Positions 19,486 through 28,353 of a stretch of DNA of 64,000 nucleotides are shown piece by piece; positions within the stretch are counted from its first letter, which is position 1; each line of letters opens with the position of its first letter. The notes under the pieces are model-generated. The model searched no databases. It was given only the letters and a program-made list of their open reading frames with translations, and was not told the origin of the DNA. Both the position numbers and the translations under genes were made by a program. This stretch comes from Vulcanimicrobiota bacterium (GTDB lineage: Bacteria > Vulcanimicrobiota > Vulcanimicrobiia > Vulcanimicrobiales > Vulcanimicrobiaceae). The stretch is from positions 1 through 64,000 of the forward strand of contig PLCF01000085.1 of the NCBI GenBank assembly GCA_003135555.1, read 5' to 3'.

Positions 19486-21621
19486 TTGCAGACAACGAAA
19501 GGGTGGACGGCCGTGCGCGTCGTCGGCTTGAGCCTGGCCACGTGCGCCGCAGCGCTCGCGCCGCTAGCGGCGCAGGCGGCGACGAACGCGATCCCGCTCG
19601 CGATCCCGACCCTGCAGTCACCGCCGCCGCTCGAGCCGTCGGCCGACCCGGCGCGCTGGAAGGATGCGGCCGTTGCCTCACTGCCCTGGGACGTGCAGCA
19701 TCAGAAGGCCGCGTCCGAACCCACGACGGCGCGCCTGGCCACCGACGGGACGCACATCTACGTGCGCTTCGACGTCACGCAGCACGAGGCGCTGATGGCG
19801 CAACAGCACACCAACGACGTCGGGGACGGAACCGACGACGAAGTCTGGATCGACCTGTGGCCCAACGGCAACAGCGGGTTCTACTACCAGTTCGCGGCGA
19901 CGTCCAACGGGACGCACTACCAGTACTCGTCGGAGAACACCGCCTATGCACCGACGTGGGTCTCGTTCGGCGCCGCCTACGCCGGCGGCTTCACCGTGAC
20001 GATGAAGATCCCGATCGCGGTCATGCGCGGCAGCGGCGCCGGCGGCGCGTGGAAGCTGCAGCTGGTGCGCATCGTGCGTTCGACCGGGGAGCGCCAGGTC
20101 TGGAGCTACGGCAACGCACAGACCAACGGCGACGATGTGAACTACGCGGGCGTGCTCAACGGCATGGCGCCCGCCGTCGCGTCGCGGGCCAAGCCGCGCA
20201 TCGCGCTCTACGGGTTGGGCGGACTGGGCTCGAGCAGCTCGGGTTTGACGACTTCGCGGATGGGCGGCGACTTCTCCGTACCGATCACGGCGACGTCGTC
20301 GGTATACGGTACGCTTCACCCCGACTTCTCGAACGTCGAGGTCGACCAGCAAACGATCTCGCCGACCGCGTACCAGCGTTCGTTCAACGAGGTGCGGCCG
20401 TTCTTCACCCAGGGCGCGAACTACTACGAACGGTTCAGCTGCTCGGCGTGCCCGTTCATCGCGCAGCTCTACACGCCGTCGATCCCGACCCCGCGTGACG
20501 GGTACGCGTTCGAGGGCAAGCAAGGCCAGTTCTCGTTCGCCGGATTCGACGCGGTCGGCGCGAGCCGCAACGACGGCGCGGCGGCGCTGGGCTATCATAC
20601 GCCGGACAACCACTGGTCGCTCACGGCGCAGACGGTCGCCGCGAACGCCCCCGGCCTCACCGACCACGTCGACACCGGCGGGATCTCGTACAACGACAGC
20701 AAGCACGTCAGCGCGTACTTCGACTACGGCTACGATCACGGGACGAACGTCGCCGACCCGTCCCAGGCACAGCGCTACGACCTGGGTACCTACCTCTACT
20801 CGAACACGTTCGGGTTCGCCGCGTCGCTGCGCAAGGTCGGCCGGTACTACGAGCCCGTCGACGGTTTCGTCCAGCACGCCGACATCGCCGGATACGCGGT
20901 CTACGCGAACAAGATCTGGCTCTTCGACAAGAAGTCGTGGCTGAACAGCATCCAGTTCGCCACCTTCGAGGATCGCTACCACGGGCACACCGGCGGGCTG
21001 AACCAAACCGACAGCAGCCTGTCTCTCGACATCCTCACGCAGAGCCGGATCGACGTCAACGCCAGCGTCGGGTCGAGCTACCTGTTGCTCGACAGCGGGG
21101 TCTTCACCCCGATCTCGCAGAACGGGATCGGCGTCACCTGGCACAGCGGCACGGCCAACGACCCGGGCAGCAACGGCTTCCACGGCTCGTCGTCCACTCC
21201 GACGTCGGTCGTCTACAACACCGGGCGGTTCGGCCCGGGCCGGGTCGACTCGTGGGTGCGCAGTTCGACGATGCGGGCCGGACCGCGCGGCACGCTCTCG
21301 CTGGAAGCGGACGACACGCGCGCCTATGAGGACAACGCGACGACCAACGTACAGTGGCTCGAGCGGCTTGGCTACAGCTACGCGACGGGCACGAACTCGT
21401 CGCTGGCGATCGGGATGCGGCGCATCATCGGGACGCCGCCGCTCCTCGACCTCGCCAACCAGCCCGGGTTTACGCGGGCGTGGAACCTCTCGTTCGCGTA
21501 TCACCGCCGCACGCCGCACGACGAGCTGTACTTCGCCTACGGTGACGCCAGCCAGCTCTCGACGCTCCCGCAGCTCATCGTGAAGTTCATCCACTACTTC
21601 GGCGCCGAAAAAGGCACCTAG
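19486..21621 (+). CDS. Secreted/outer-membrane protein, CBM9-like N-terminal domain + DUF5916-like region
   Basis: Signal peptide; FTVTMKIP; TLHPDFSNVEVDQQ...EVRPFFTQG; beta-strand-rich C-terminus. Confidence 0.7.
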   Translation: MQTTKGWTAVRVVGLSLATCAAALAPLAAQAATNAIPLAIPTLQSPPPLEPSADPARWKDAAVASLPWDVQHQKAASEPTTARLATDGTHIYVRFDVTQHEALMAQQHTNDVGDGTDDEVWIDLWPNGNSGFYYQFAATSNGTHYQYSSENTAYAPTWVSFGAAYAGGFTVTMKIPIAVMRGSGAGGAWKLQLVRIVRSTGERQVWSYGNAQTNGDDVNYAGVLNGMAPAVASRAKPRIALYGLGGLGSSSSGLTTSRMGGDFSVPITATSSVYGTLHPDFSNVEVDQQTISPTAYQRSFNEVRPFFTQGANYYERFSCSACPFIAQLYTPSIPTPRDGYAFEGKQGQFSFAGFDAVGASRNDGAAALGYHTPDNHWSLTAQTVAANAPGLTDHVDTGGISYNDSKHVSAYFDYGYDHGTNVADPSQAQRYDLGTYLYSNTFGFAASLRKVGRYYEPVDGFVQHADIAGYAVYANKIWLFDKKSWLNSIQFATFEDRYHGHTGGLNQTDSSLSLDILTQSRIDVNASVGSSYLLLDSGVFTPISQNGIGVTWHSGTANDPGSNGFHGSSSTPTSVVYNTGRFGPGRVDSWVRSSTMRAGPRGTLSLEADDTRAYEDNATTNVQWLERLGYSYATGTNSSLAIGMRRIIGTPPLLDLANQPGFTRAWNLSFAYHRRTPHDELYFAYGDASQLSTLPQLIVKFIHYFGAEKGT

Positions 21622-21639
21622 CCCGGCGCGCGACCGCGA

Positions 21640-22023
21640 CTAGTGCGTTGGAGTCGTCGTCGCTTGGGGCGTGATCCGGTAGGCGCCGATCTTCCAGTTC
21701 GGGTCCACGCGCAGCTGGACGGTCAGCGTCCCCTTGTCGAACGCCGCTTCGAATTCGTAGCGTCCTTTGTCCGGATCGGTCGCCGTTTGCTTGACGCCGC
21801 GATAGGTGCCCAGCGCGTGCATTTTATCGGAGAGCTGGCCGACCGAGGCACGCGTCACCTGGGCCTTGAGGGTATCGTCGAAGTTCGCGACGGTGCGGTC
21901 GTAGTCGCCGTCGTAGACCGCGCGCGTCGTCTGATCGGCGAGCGCTTGGGGGTCGGCGTGCTGCGCGCACGCGGACGCCGCGATCGACAGCGCGATCGCG
22001 GCGCAGACGCCGCTGAACCGCAC
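21640..22023 (-). CDS. Small lipoprotein (DUF3887-like)
   Basis: Lipobox-like ASAC; FDDTLKAQVT...LGTY. Confidence 0.65.
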   Translation of the reverse strand: MRFSGVCAAIALSIAASACAQHADPQALADQTTRAVYDGDYDRTVANFDDTLKAQVTRASVGQLSDKMHALGTYRGVKQTATDPDKGRYEFEAAFDKGTLTVQLRVDPNWKIGAYRITPQATTTPTH

Positions 22024-22026
22024 CGG

Positions 22027-22530
22027 TTAGAGCGCGCCCCAGCCGTACGAGACGTTCGCGACGCGCGTCGGGCCGCGGTCGGAGCCGGATTGCCGGGCGC
22101 CCGCGACGAGCGGGTGGAACGAGGTCTGCGTGAGACCCGTCGCGACGCGTTGCGTGCCGCCGGGGCCGCTCTGCGAGAGCGCGAGCTGGTGCCGCAGGCG
22201 CAACACTTCTTGATGCTGCACGGCGACCTCGTGCTGGTATCCGGCGACGAGCGCCGCTTCGTGCGTGTAGGCGCTGCGCTCGGAGGCGTAGGCGGCTTCG
22301 GCGTTGCTCGCCTCGGCTTGCGTCTGCGCCTGTTGACGATCGTATTCCGCGTACTTCTGATGGACTTTGCGGTTGTGGTTGATGATCAGCAGCGTTGCGG
22401 CAGCCGCGGCTCCGCCTAAAATGATGTTGCGCGTGCTGGCGGCGCCGTCCGCGAGCGCCGGCGCGGCCGGAAGCGTGGTGAGGGCGAGCGTCGCGGCGAG
22501 CGACAGGGAAGCAAGGCGGCGTTTGGTCAT
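22027..22530 (-). CDS. Secreted hypothetical protein with coiled-coil
   Basis: MTKRRLASLSL...PALA signal peptide; GGAGAGGA RBS upstream. Confidence 0.7.
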   Translation of the reverse strand: MTKRRLASLSLAATLALTTLPAAPALADGAASTRNIILGGAAAAATLLIINHNRKVHQKYAEYDRQQAQTQAEASNAEAAYASERSAYTHEAALVAGYQHEVAVQHQEVLRLRHQLALSQSGPGGTQRVATGLTQTSFHPLVAGARQSGSDRGPTRVANVSYGWGAL

Positions 22531-22652
22531 TGTATGAGTCCTCTCCGGGGCTGTTGTACCCAACGTGGCGGCCAAACCGATCGGTTCCGGTCGTTGCTGA
22601 CGTGCGCTCGCTCACAAGATGATTGCGCCGCCTGCGCGGCGGAGATCGCGCC

Positions 22653-23732
22653 ATGCGCCAAACAGTGGTTTCCGGGGTCTGGTCCTGGTCGCGTTGGCAG
22701 CCCGATCGCGGGCTGGACTTCAACGCCTTTTTCATCGAGACGAGCGAGGGAAATCTCGTCGTCGATCCGCTCGAGCCCGACGACGAAACGTTGGCCGAGC
22801 TGATCTCGCGCGGCGTCGCCGCGGTGGTGGTGACGAACCGCGATCACGAGCGCGCGACCGCGAGCGTTGCGCAAGCGACCGGTGCGCAGGTGATCGCGAG
22901 CAGCCTCGACGCCCCGCTGCTCGCCCACGCCGTCGGCCGCACCGTGGAACCGGGCGACGTCGTGCACGGCTGGAGGGTGCTGGGCTTCGACGGGCTCAAG
23001 ACCGCGGGCGAGATCGCCCTGGTCGACCGCGCGCGCAAGGCGGCCATCGTCGGGGACTCGTTGTGGGGAAAGCCCGCCGGTGCGCTCACGATCATGCCCA
23101 AGGTCGCCGATCCCGATCGGGCCGCCCTGTCGCTGCGCGCGCTGCGCGCCGCCCACGTCGAGCACCTGCTCGTCGGCGACGGCGCCTGCATCTTCGGCAA
23201 CGCATACGAGGTGATCGGCGCGGCGCTGGGCGCGCGTGACGGGGTGCTGGCCGGCCGCGTCAACCTCGACGAGGTGGCCTACATGCAATTTGCCGCCGAC
23301 CCGCCGCCCTACGGCGGCGCGATGGCGGAGCTGGGATGGCTGCTCGGCGCGCGCCGGCTCTCGTACGCGGCCGGACGCCTGCGGCGCGGGGAACACTACT
23401 GCCCTTACCACTGGCACACCGCCGAAGAAGAGCTGTTCGTCGTCGTCTCCGGCACGCCGATGCTGCGCACGCCGGCGGGGACGTTTGCGCTGCGCCCCGG
23501 CGACGTCGTCGCCTTCGGGACCGACGCGCGCGGGGCGCACCGCCTGTGGAACGAGGCCGCCGAAGACGCCGTCGTGCTGATGGTCGCGAACGCCGATCCC
23601 GCCGACGTGTGCTTCTATCCCGATTCGGAGAAGCTCATGGTCGAAGCGACCGGCACGATCGTCCACGATCGCCCCGGGCTCGACTACTTCGACGGCGAGA
23701 CGGGCACGCGCCGGGAAGCGCCCGCCCGCTGA
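22653..23732 (+). CDS. MBL-fold-like domain fused to a cupin domain
   Basis: VVVTNRDHER; LLVGDG; C-terminal CPYHWHTAEEELFVVVSG...GAHRLWN. Confidence 0.8.
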   Translation: MRQTVVSGVWSWSRWQPDRGLDFNAFFIETSEGNLVVDPLEPDDETLAELISRGVAAVVVTNRDHERATASVAQATGAQVIASSLDAPLLAHAVGRTVEPGDVVHGWRVLGFDGLKTAGEIALVDRARKAAIVGDSLWGKPAGALTIMPKVADPDRAALSLRALRAAHVEHLLVGDGACIFGNAYEVIGAALGARDGVLAGRVNLDEVAYMQFAADPPPYGGAMAELGWLLGARRLSYAAGRLRRGEHYCPYHWHTAEEELFVVVSGTPMLRTPAGTFALRPGDVVAFGTDARGAHRLWNEAAEDAVVLMVANADPADVCFYPDSEKLMVEATGTIVHDRPGLDYFDGETGTRREAPAR

Positions 23733-23771
23733 GAGGGTGCGAGCCCGCTTGCGCGCGTACGTTGGAGTCTG

Positions 23772-24173
23772 ATGCTGCCGTTCGTCCTGGCCGCCATGCT
23801 CGCGTCGGCCTCACCCTCGCCCTGCCCGTCCGACTTGCTCGTCGCGAACCCGCGGCTCAAGATCGTGCGCGCGCGCGACAAGGCATTCGACAACTACATC
23901 GTCACCGTTGACGTCAAGAACCGCGGCAGCGCGGCGCAACCGGACGGGACGCTGCAACACCTCGCGCTGCTCCAGCGCGGCGCCGTTGTGGGCACGCAGC
24001 CGATCCCGGTGCTCGGGGCCGATGAGGAGTACCCCGCTGCGTTTCGCATCCGGCTGCCGCATCAGAGCAAGCGCCCACCGTTCCCGGTCGAGTTCCGCTA
24101 CGTCCTCGACTCCAAGAACGGCTCGCGCGCGAACTGCACGAGCGCGAACGACCGGCTGTCCGCGACGCTCTGA
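23772..24173 (+). CDS. Secreted hypothetical protein (Ig/CARDB-like)
   Basis: Signal peptide; DLLV...VTVDVKNRGS; two Cys. Confidence 0.6.
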   Translation: MLPFVLAAMLASASPSPCPSDLLVANPRLKIVRARDKAFDNYIVTVDVKNRGSAAQPDGTLQHLALLQRGAVVGTQPIPVLGADEEYPAAFRIRLPHQSKRPPFPVEFRYVLDSKNGSRANCTSANDRLSATL

Positions 24174-26617
24174 TGCGCGTCCGCCTCGACCGGCGCGGCG
24201 CGGACGAGGCGACCGTGACCCTGGGCGCGCGCGCGACGTTTCCGGACGGACCGCTGCGGCTGCGCTACCCGACGCGAACCGGCGCATTGCTGCGGATCGA
24301 CGGGGCCGTGCGCGGTGCCTTCGACGGCATGCACGCGGCCATCGACTTGCCGGCGCTTCCCGGCGAACACGAGATCCTGCTCGACGTCGAACGGCGCTCG
24401 CTGCCCGTCGCCGGGCTGCCCGCCGGTGACGGTCTGCGCTGGAGGGTCATGCTAGCGCGCGCGGCGCAGCGCCCCGCCCGGCAACTCGAGGTCGAGGTCC
24501 GCGACGAGGCCGCGCCGGGGGTATCGATCGACGTCCCGCTCGTCGGACACGCGCACCTCGACGTCGCCTGGCTGTGGACGTACGAGGCCGCGCACCGCAA
24601 GGCGCTGCGCACGTTCGCCACGGCCGTGCGGCAGATCGAGAACGACGCGCGCTACGTCTTCGCGCAAAGCCAGCCGCAGCTCTATGCCTGGGTATTCGGC
24701 GCCGACGCCGAGCTCGGCGGGCGGATTCGCGCGCACGCGCAGGGGCATTGGGACGCCAGCGTGGCGCCGCTGTGGGTCGAGTGCGACCTCCACGCGCCCA
24801 GCGGCGAGTCGGTGCTGCGGCAGTTCGCGCACGGGATCCGCTGGATGCGCGATCACGTCGGCGTCGAGCCCGACGTCGCCTGGCTGCCCGATACGTTCGG
24901 CTTCCCCGCCACCTTTCCAACCCTCGCCGCGCACGCCGGCGTACCGTACTTCGCCACCACCAAGCTGCAATGGAACGACACGACGCGCTGGCCGTATCCG
25001 CGTTTTCGCTGGGTGGCGGACGACGGTTCCGCGCTCATCGCCGCGATGCTCGACACGTACGACGGCCCGCTGGGCGACGACCGCGTCGCGACGGCGCGCG
25101 AACGCGACGAGCTGCTCGTCGTCGGCTACGGCGACGGCGGCGGCGGTGCGACCGACGCCGACTTGGCCCGCGTCGGTGCGGGCTCGCGCGGCTGGACGAG
25201 CGTGCACGACTGGTTCGTGCGCGAAGTCGCGCCCGACGTGCTGCCCGAACACCGCGGCGAGCTCTACCTCGAGACGCACCGCGGGACGTACACGACCCAT
25301 CACGACGTCAAGGCCGGCAACGCCGAGCTCGAACGCGAGCTCGCCTACGCCGAAGAGCTCGCGGCCTGGTGCGTGGCAGTGCGAGCGCCCGAGCCGGTGC
25401 GCCGTTCGCTCGCCGAAGATCTGCACAATGCCTGGCGGATCGTGCTGCGCGCGCAGTTTCACGATGTGATCACCGGCACCGCGATCGGTGCGGTCTACAC
25501 CGACGTCCACGCCGAGCAGCACCGCGCGCTGGCGATCGCGGCGCGTGTGGCCGACGCGGCAGCCGCGGTACTGCCGCGCAGCGACGTGCGGCTGCTTCCG
25601 CCCGCGGCGCTCGAACCGCGCCGTGACGGTGACGCGTGGCTGTTCGAAAACGCGTACCTGCGAGCGCGCGTGCGCGACGACGGAACCGTGACCGAGCTCG
25701 GCGGTCGCGACGCGCCCAACCTCGTCGCCCTGGCCAACGGCATCACCGCGTACGCCGACCGCCCGCAGCGCTACGACGCGTGGAACGTCGATCGCAGCTA
25801 CGTTCGCAAGCAGGTGCGCGTGCGGCCCGACGGCGCGCTGGCCGAAGACGGCGCGCTGATGGTGCAGCTCGCGGTCGGCGCGCGCTCGCGCGTGACGATG
25901 CGCATCGCGCTGTTGGAGGACGAGCCGTGGCTGCGCGTCGACCTCGCCGCGGCCTGGCAGGAGAACCATGTGTTGTTGCGCGCGGAGCACCGCATCGCGC
26001 TGCACGCGCGTGAGGTGCGCTTCGGACAGCAGCACGGGACGCTGGTGCGTAGCGCGTATCCCGAGACCGATGGCGAGCGCGCCAAGTTCGAGGCTCCCGG
26101 CCAGCGTTGGGCTCACGTGAGCGATGCCGAGCACGGATTGGCGGTCTTCAGCCCGGATCTCTACGGCTGGAGCGCGGTCGGCCTCGACGGCGGCGGCGTG
26201 CGGCTCGGAACCTCGCTGCTGCGTTCGCCGCGTTGGCCCGACCCGCTCGCCGATCGCGGCGAACAGCGGCTGTCGTACGCGTTCGTGCCGACCTCCGGCG
26301 CGACGATCTCGGCGCTCGAGCACGCCTGGGTGTCCTATGCGGCGCGCGAATGCGTGCGGCTTTTCACCTGCGAGAACCCGGCGGTGCTGATCGTCGCCAC
26401 CTACCCTGCCGACGACGGTAGCGGCGTGGTCGTGCGCGTCCGCGAATGCGACGGAGCGCGGCATCGGGTGGCGCTGCGCTGCGGCGGCCGCATGCGGGTG
26501 GCGATCCCGATCGATGCCGTCGAACGCACCGTCGGCGGCGACGCCGCGGTCGTCGACGAGAACCTCGTCTTCGAGCTGACCCCCTTCGCGCTGCGTTCGT
26601 TCCTGGTGCGCTTCTGA
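24173..26617 (+). CDS. Alpha-mannosidase, glycoside hydrolase family 38
   Basis: GHAHLDVAWLW; WLPDTFG; GELYLETHRGTYT; QFHDVITGT. Confidence 0.93.
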   Translation: MRVRLDRRGADEATVTLGARATFPDGPLRLRYPTRTGALLRIDGAVRGAFDGMHAAIDLPALPGEHEILLDVERRSLPVAGLPAGDGLRWRVMLARAAQRPARQLEVEVRDEAAPGVSIDVPLVGHAHLDVAWLWTYEAAHRKALRTFATAVRQIENDARYVFAQSQPQLYAWVFGADAELGGRIRAHAQGHWDASVAPLWVECDLHAPSGESVLRQFAHGIRWMRDHVGVEPDVAWLPDTFGFPATFPTLAAHAGVPYFATTKLQWNDTTRWPYPRFRWVADDGSALIAAMLDTYDGPLGDDRVATARERDELLVVGYGDGGGGATDADLARVGAGSRGWTSVHDWFVREVAPDVLPEHRGELYLETHRGTYTTHHDVKAGNAELERELAYAEELAAWCVAVRAPEPVRRSLAEDLHNAWRIVLRAQFHDVITGTAIGAVYTDVHAEQHRALAIAARVADAAAAVLPRSDVRLLPPAALEPRRDGDAWLFENAYLRARVRDDGTVTELGGRDAPNLVALANGITAYADRPQRYDAWNVDRSYVRKQVRVRPDGALAEDGALMVQLAVGARSRVTMRIALLEDEPWLRVDLAAAWQENHVLLRAEHRIALHAREVRFGQQHGTLVRSAYPETDGERAKFEAPGQRWAHVSDAEHGLAVFSPDLYGWSAVGLDGGGVRLGTSLLRSPRWPDPLADRGEQRLSYAFVPTSGATISALEHAWVSYAARECVRLFTCENPAVLIVATYPADDGSGVVVRVRECDGARHRVALRCGGRMRVAIPIDAVERTVGGDAAVVDENLVFELTPFALRSFLVRF

Positions 26618-27348
26618 TGCGCGAGATCGATACCGTCTTGTTCGACCTCGACGATACGCTGCACGACGACACCACCGCCTACCTCGCCGCGGCGCGCACG
26701 GTCGCCGAGACGATCGGCGCCGAGCGCGGGATCGACCCCGGCACCCTCGTCGACGCCTACGAGCGTGCGGCGATGCGTTTCTGGTCATCGCTCACCGCCG
26801 AGCACTTGACGCACACGATCGCCGGCCAGCGCGAGCGCATGTGGTACGAAGCGTTGCTGGAGGTGGGATTCGACGATCGCGCGCTCGCGCAGCGCGCGGC
26901 GGCGCGCTACGGCGTGGCGCGTGCCGGCACCATCCTCGAACTCGCGCCCGGGGCGGTCGACGTGCTGGCCGCGCTGCGCGCGCACGGCTGCAAGCTCGGC
27001 CTGGTCACCAATGGGTTCGCCGCCACGCACCACGAGAAGATCGAACGGCTCGGGCTGCGCCGGCTGATGGACGCATTCTTCCTGGCCGACGAGGTCGGGA
27101 TGGTGAAGCCGGACCCCGAGCTGTTTCGTCACGCCTGCCGGGTGCTGGGCAGCGATCCCGCGCGGACCGCGATGGTGGGCGACCGGTATGCGCGCGACGT
27201 CGTCGGAGCGCTCGAAGCGGGGCTGTTCGCGGTGCTGCTGGACGTCCACGCTACCCCGATCCCACCCGGCGCGCCGCAACCCGACGCCGTCGTGACCTCG
27301 ATCGGCGCCGTGCTCGACGTCATCCCGGTCGCTCGGTTGTCCCGCTAG
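26617..27348 (+). CDS. HAD-family hydrolase
   Basis: FDLDDTL; LVTNG; KPDP; MVGD. Confidence 0.92.
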   Translation: MREIDTVLFDLDDTLHDDTTAYLAAARTVAETIGAERGIDPGTLVDAYERAAMRFWSSLTAEHLTHTIAGQRERMWYEALLEVGFDDRALAQRAAARYGVARAGTILELAPGAVDVLAALRAHGCKLGLVTNGFAATHHEKIERLGLRRLMDAFFLADEVGMVKPDPELFRHACRVLGSDPARTAMVGDRYARDVVGALEAGLFAVLLDVHATPIPPGAPQPDAVVTSIGAVLDVIPVARLSR

Positions 27349-27424
27349 GAAGGGTATGCGCCCGGGGGTCATTCCGCTCGCCTGCTCAAGGGGTCCGGAG
27401 AGGAGGGGGTGAACCGCTAGCTTG

Positions 27425-28186
27425 ATGACTTCACAACCGCAACCGGTCGAGAGCGTCTTCTCCCGCGCGTGGGAGCTCCTGACGCGCAACTGGATCATTA
27501 TCGTCCCCGGCATCGTCATCGGCGCCATCGTCGGGATCATCTCGGGCCTGCTGACGCCGCACGTCTACTCGTCGACGGACTACGCGAACAACCCCGGCCT
27601 CGCGATGGCGAGCATGGGCAACGTGTTTCTGAACGCCGCCATCTTGGCGTGCATCGGAGTCGTGGCGTACATCGCGACCATGACCTTTACGGTCGGGATG
27701 GCCGGCGCCGCATGGGCCCGCGGAACGACGACCCTGGCCGACGGCTCGGCGGCATTTCAGGCAGGCGCGGGCAACGTCATAATCACCGCTATCGGCTTGA
27801 TCTTGTTAGGCATCGTGGCGGCGATTCTGGCGATCCCGACCCTGGGGCTGGTGCTGCTGGCGTACTGGATCTTCACGTTGTACGCGATGCCTGCGGCGAT
27901 CATCGGGCAGCGCGCGGGCTTCTCGGCGATCAGCGAGTCGTTTCAGATCGCCACCAAGCGCTTCGTGCCGACCTTGATCATCGCGATCCTCATCTTCGTG
28001 ATCTCGTTCGTGCTCGGGCTGCTGACGCTGCCGCTCCATTTCATCCCGTTCCTAGGCCCGATCATCAGTAGCGTCATCACGCAGGTCGTCATCGCCTTCG
28101 CGATGCTCGTCATCGTCGGCGAGTACCTCAACCTGCGCGCGTCCGGCGCCCTCGCCCCAGCCGCGCCGCCGACCACTCCCGCCTAG
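27425..28186 (+). CDS. Integral membrane protein
   Basis: Multiple long hydrophobic segments. Confidence 0.8.
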   Translation: MTSQPQPVESVFSRAWELLTRNWIIIVPGIVIGAIVGIISGLLTPHVYSSTDYANNPGLAMASMGNVFLNAAILACIGVVAYIATMTFTVGMAGAAWARGTTTLADGSAAFQAGAGNVIITAIGLILLGIVAAILAIPTLGLVLLAYWIFTLYAMPAAIIGQRAGFSAISESFQIATKRFVPTLIIAILIFVISFVLGLLTLPLHFIPFLGPIISSVITQVVIAFAMLVIVGEYLNLRASGALAPAAPPTTPA

Positions 28187-28203
28187 GCCTGGTCGAATCG
28201 AAT

Positions 28204-28239
28204 CCCGCACCGGGGCGGAACGCCCCGGTGCGGGCTTTT
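28204..28239 (+). terminator. Rho-independent terminator
   Basis: CCCGCACCGGGGCG-GAA-CGCCCCGGTGCGGG followed by CTTTT. Confidence 0.85.
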
Positions 28240-28353
28240 CATGTCCCTAGGTCGTATAATCCGTCGGCCGTCGTATATCGACCGGCGGATGTGGCGCACG
28301 CACACTAGAGGGCGCCCGGTTTCTTGTCGGTCCGCTCGAAAGGACGTCTGCGC

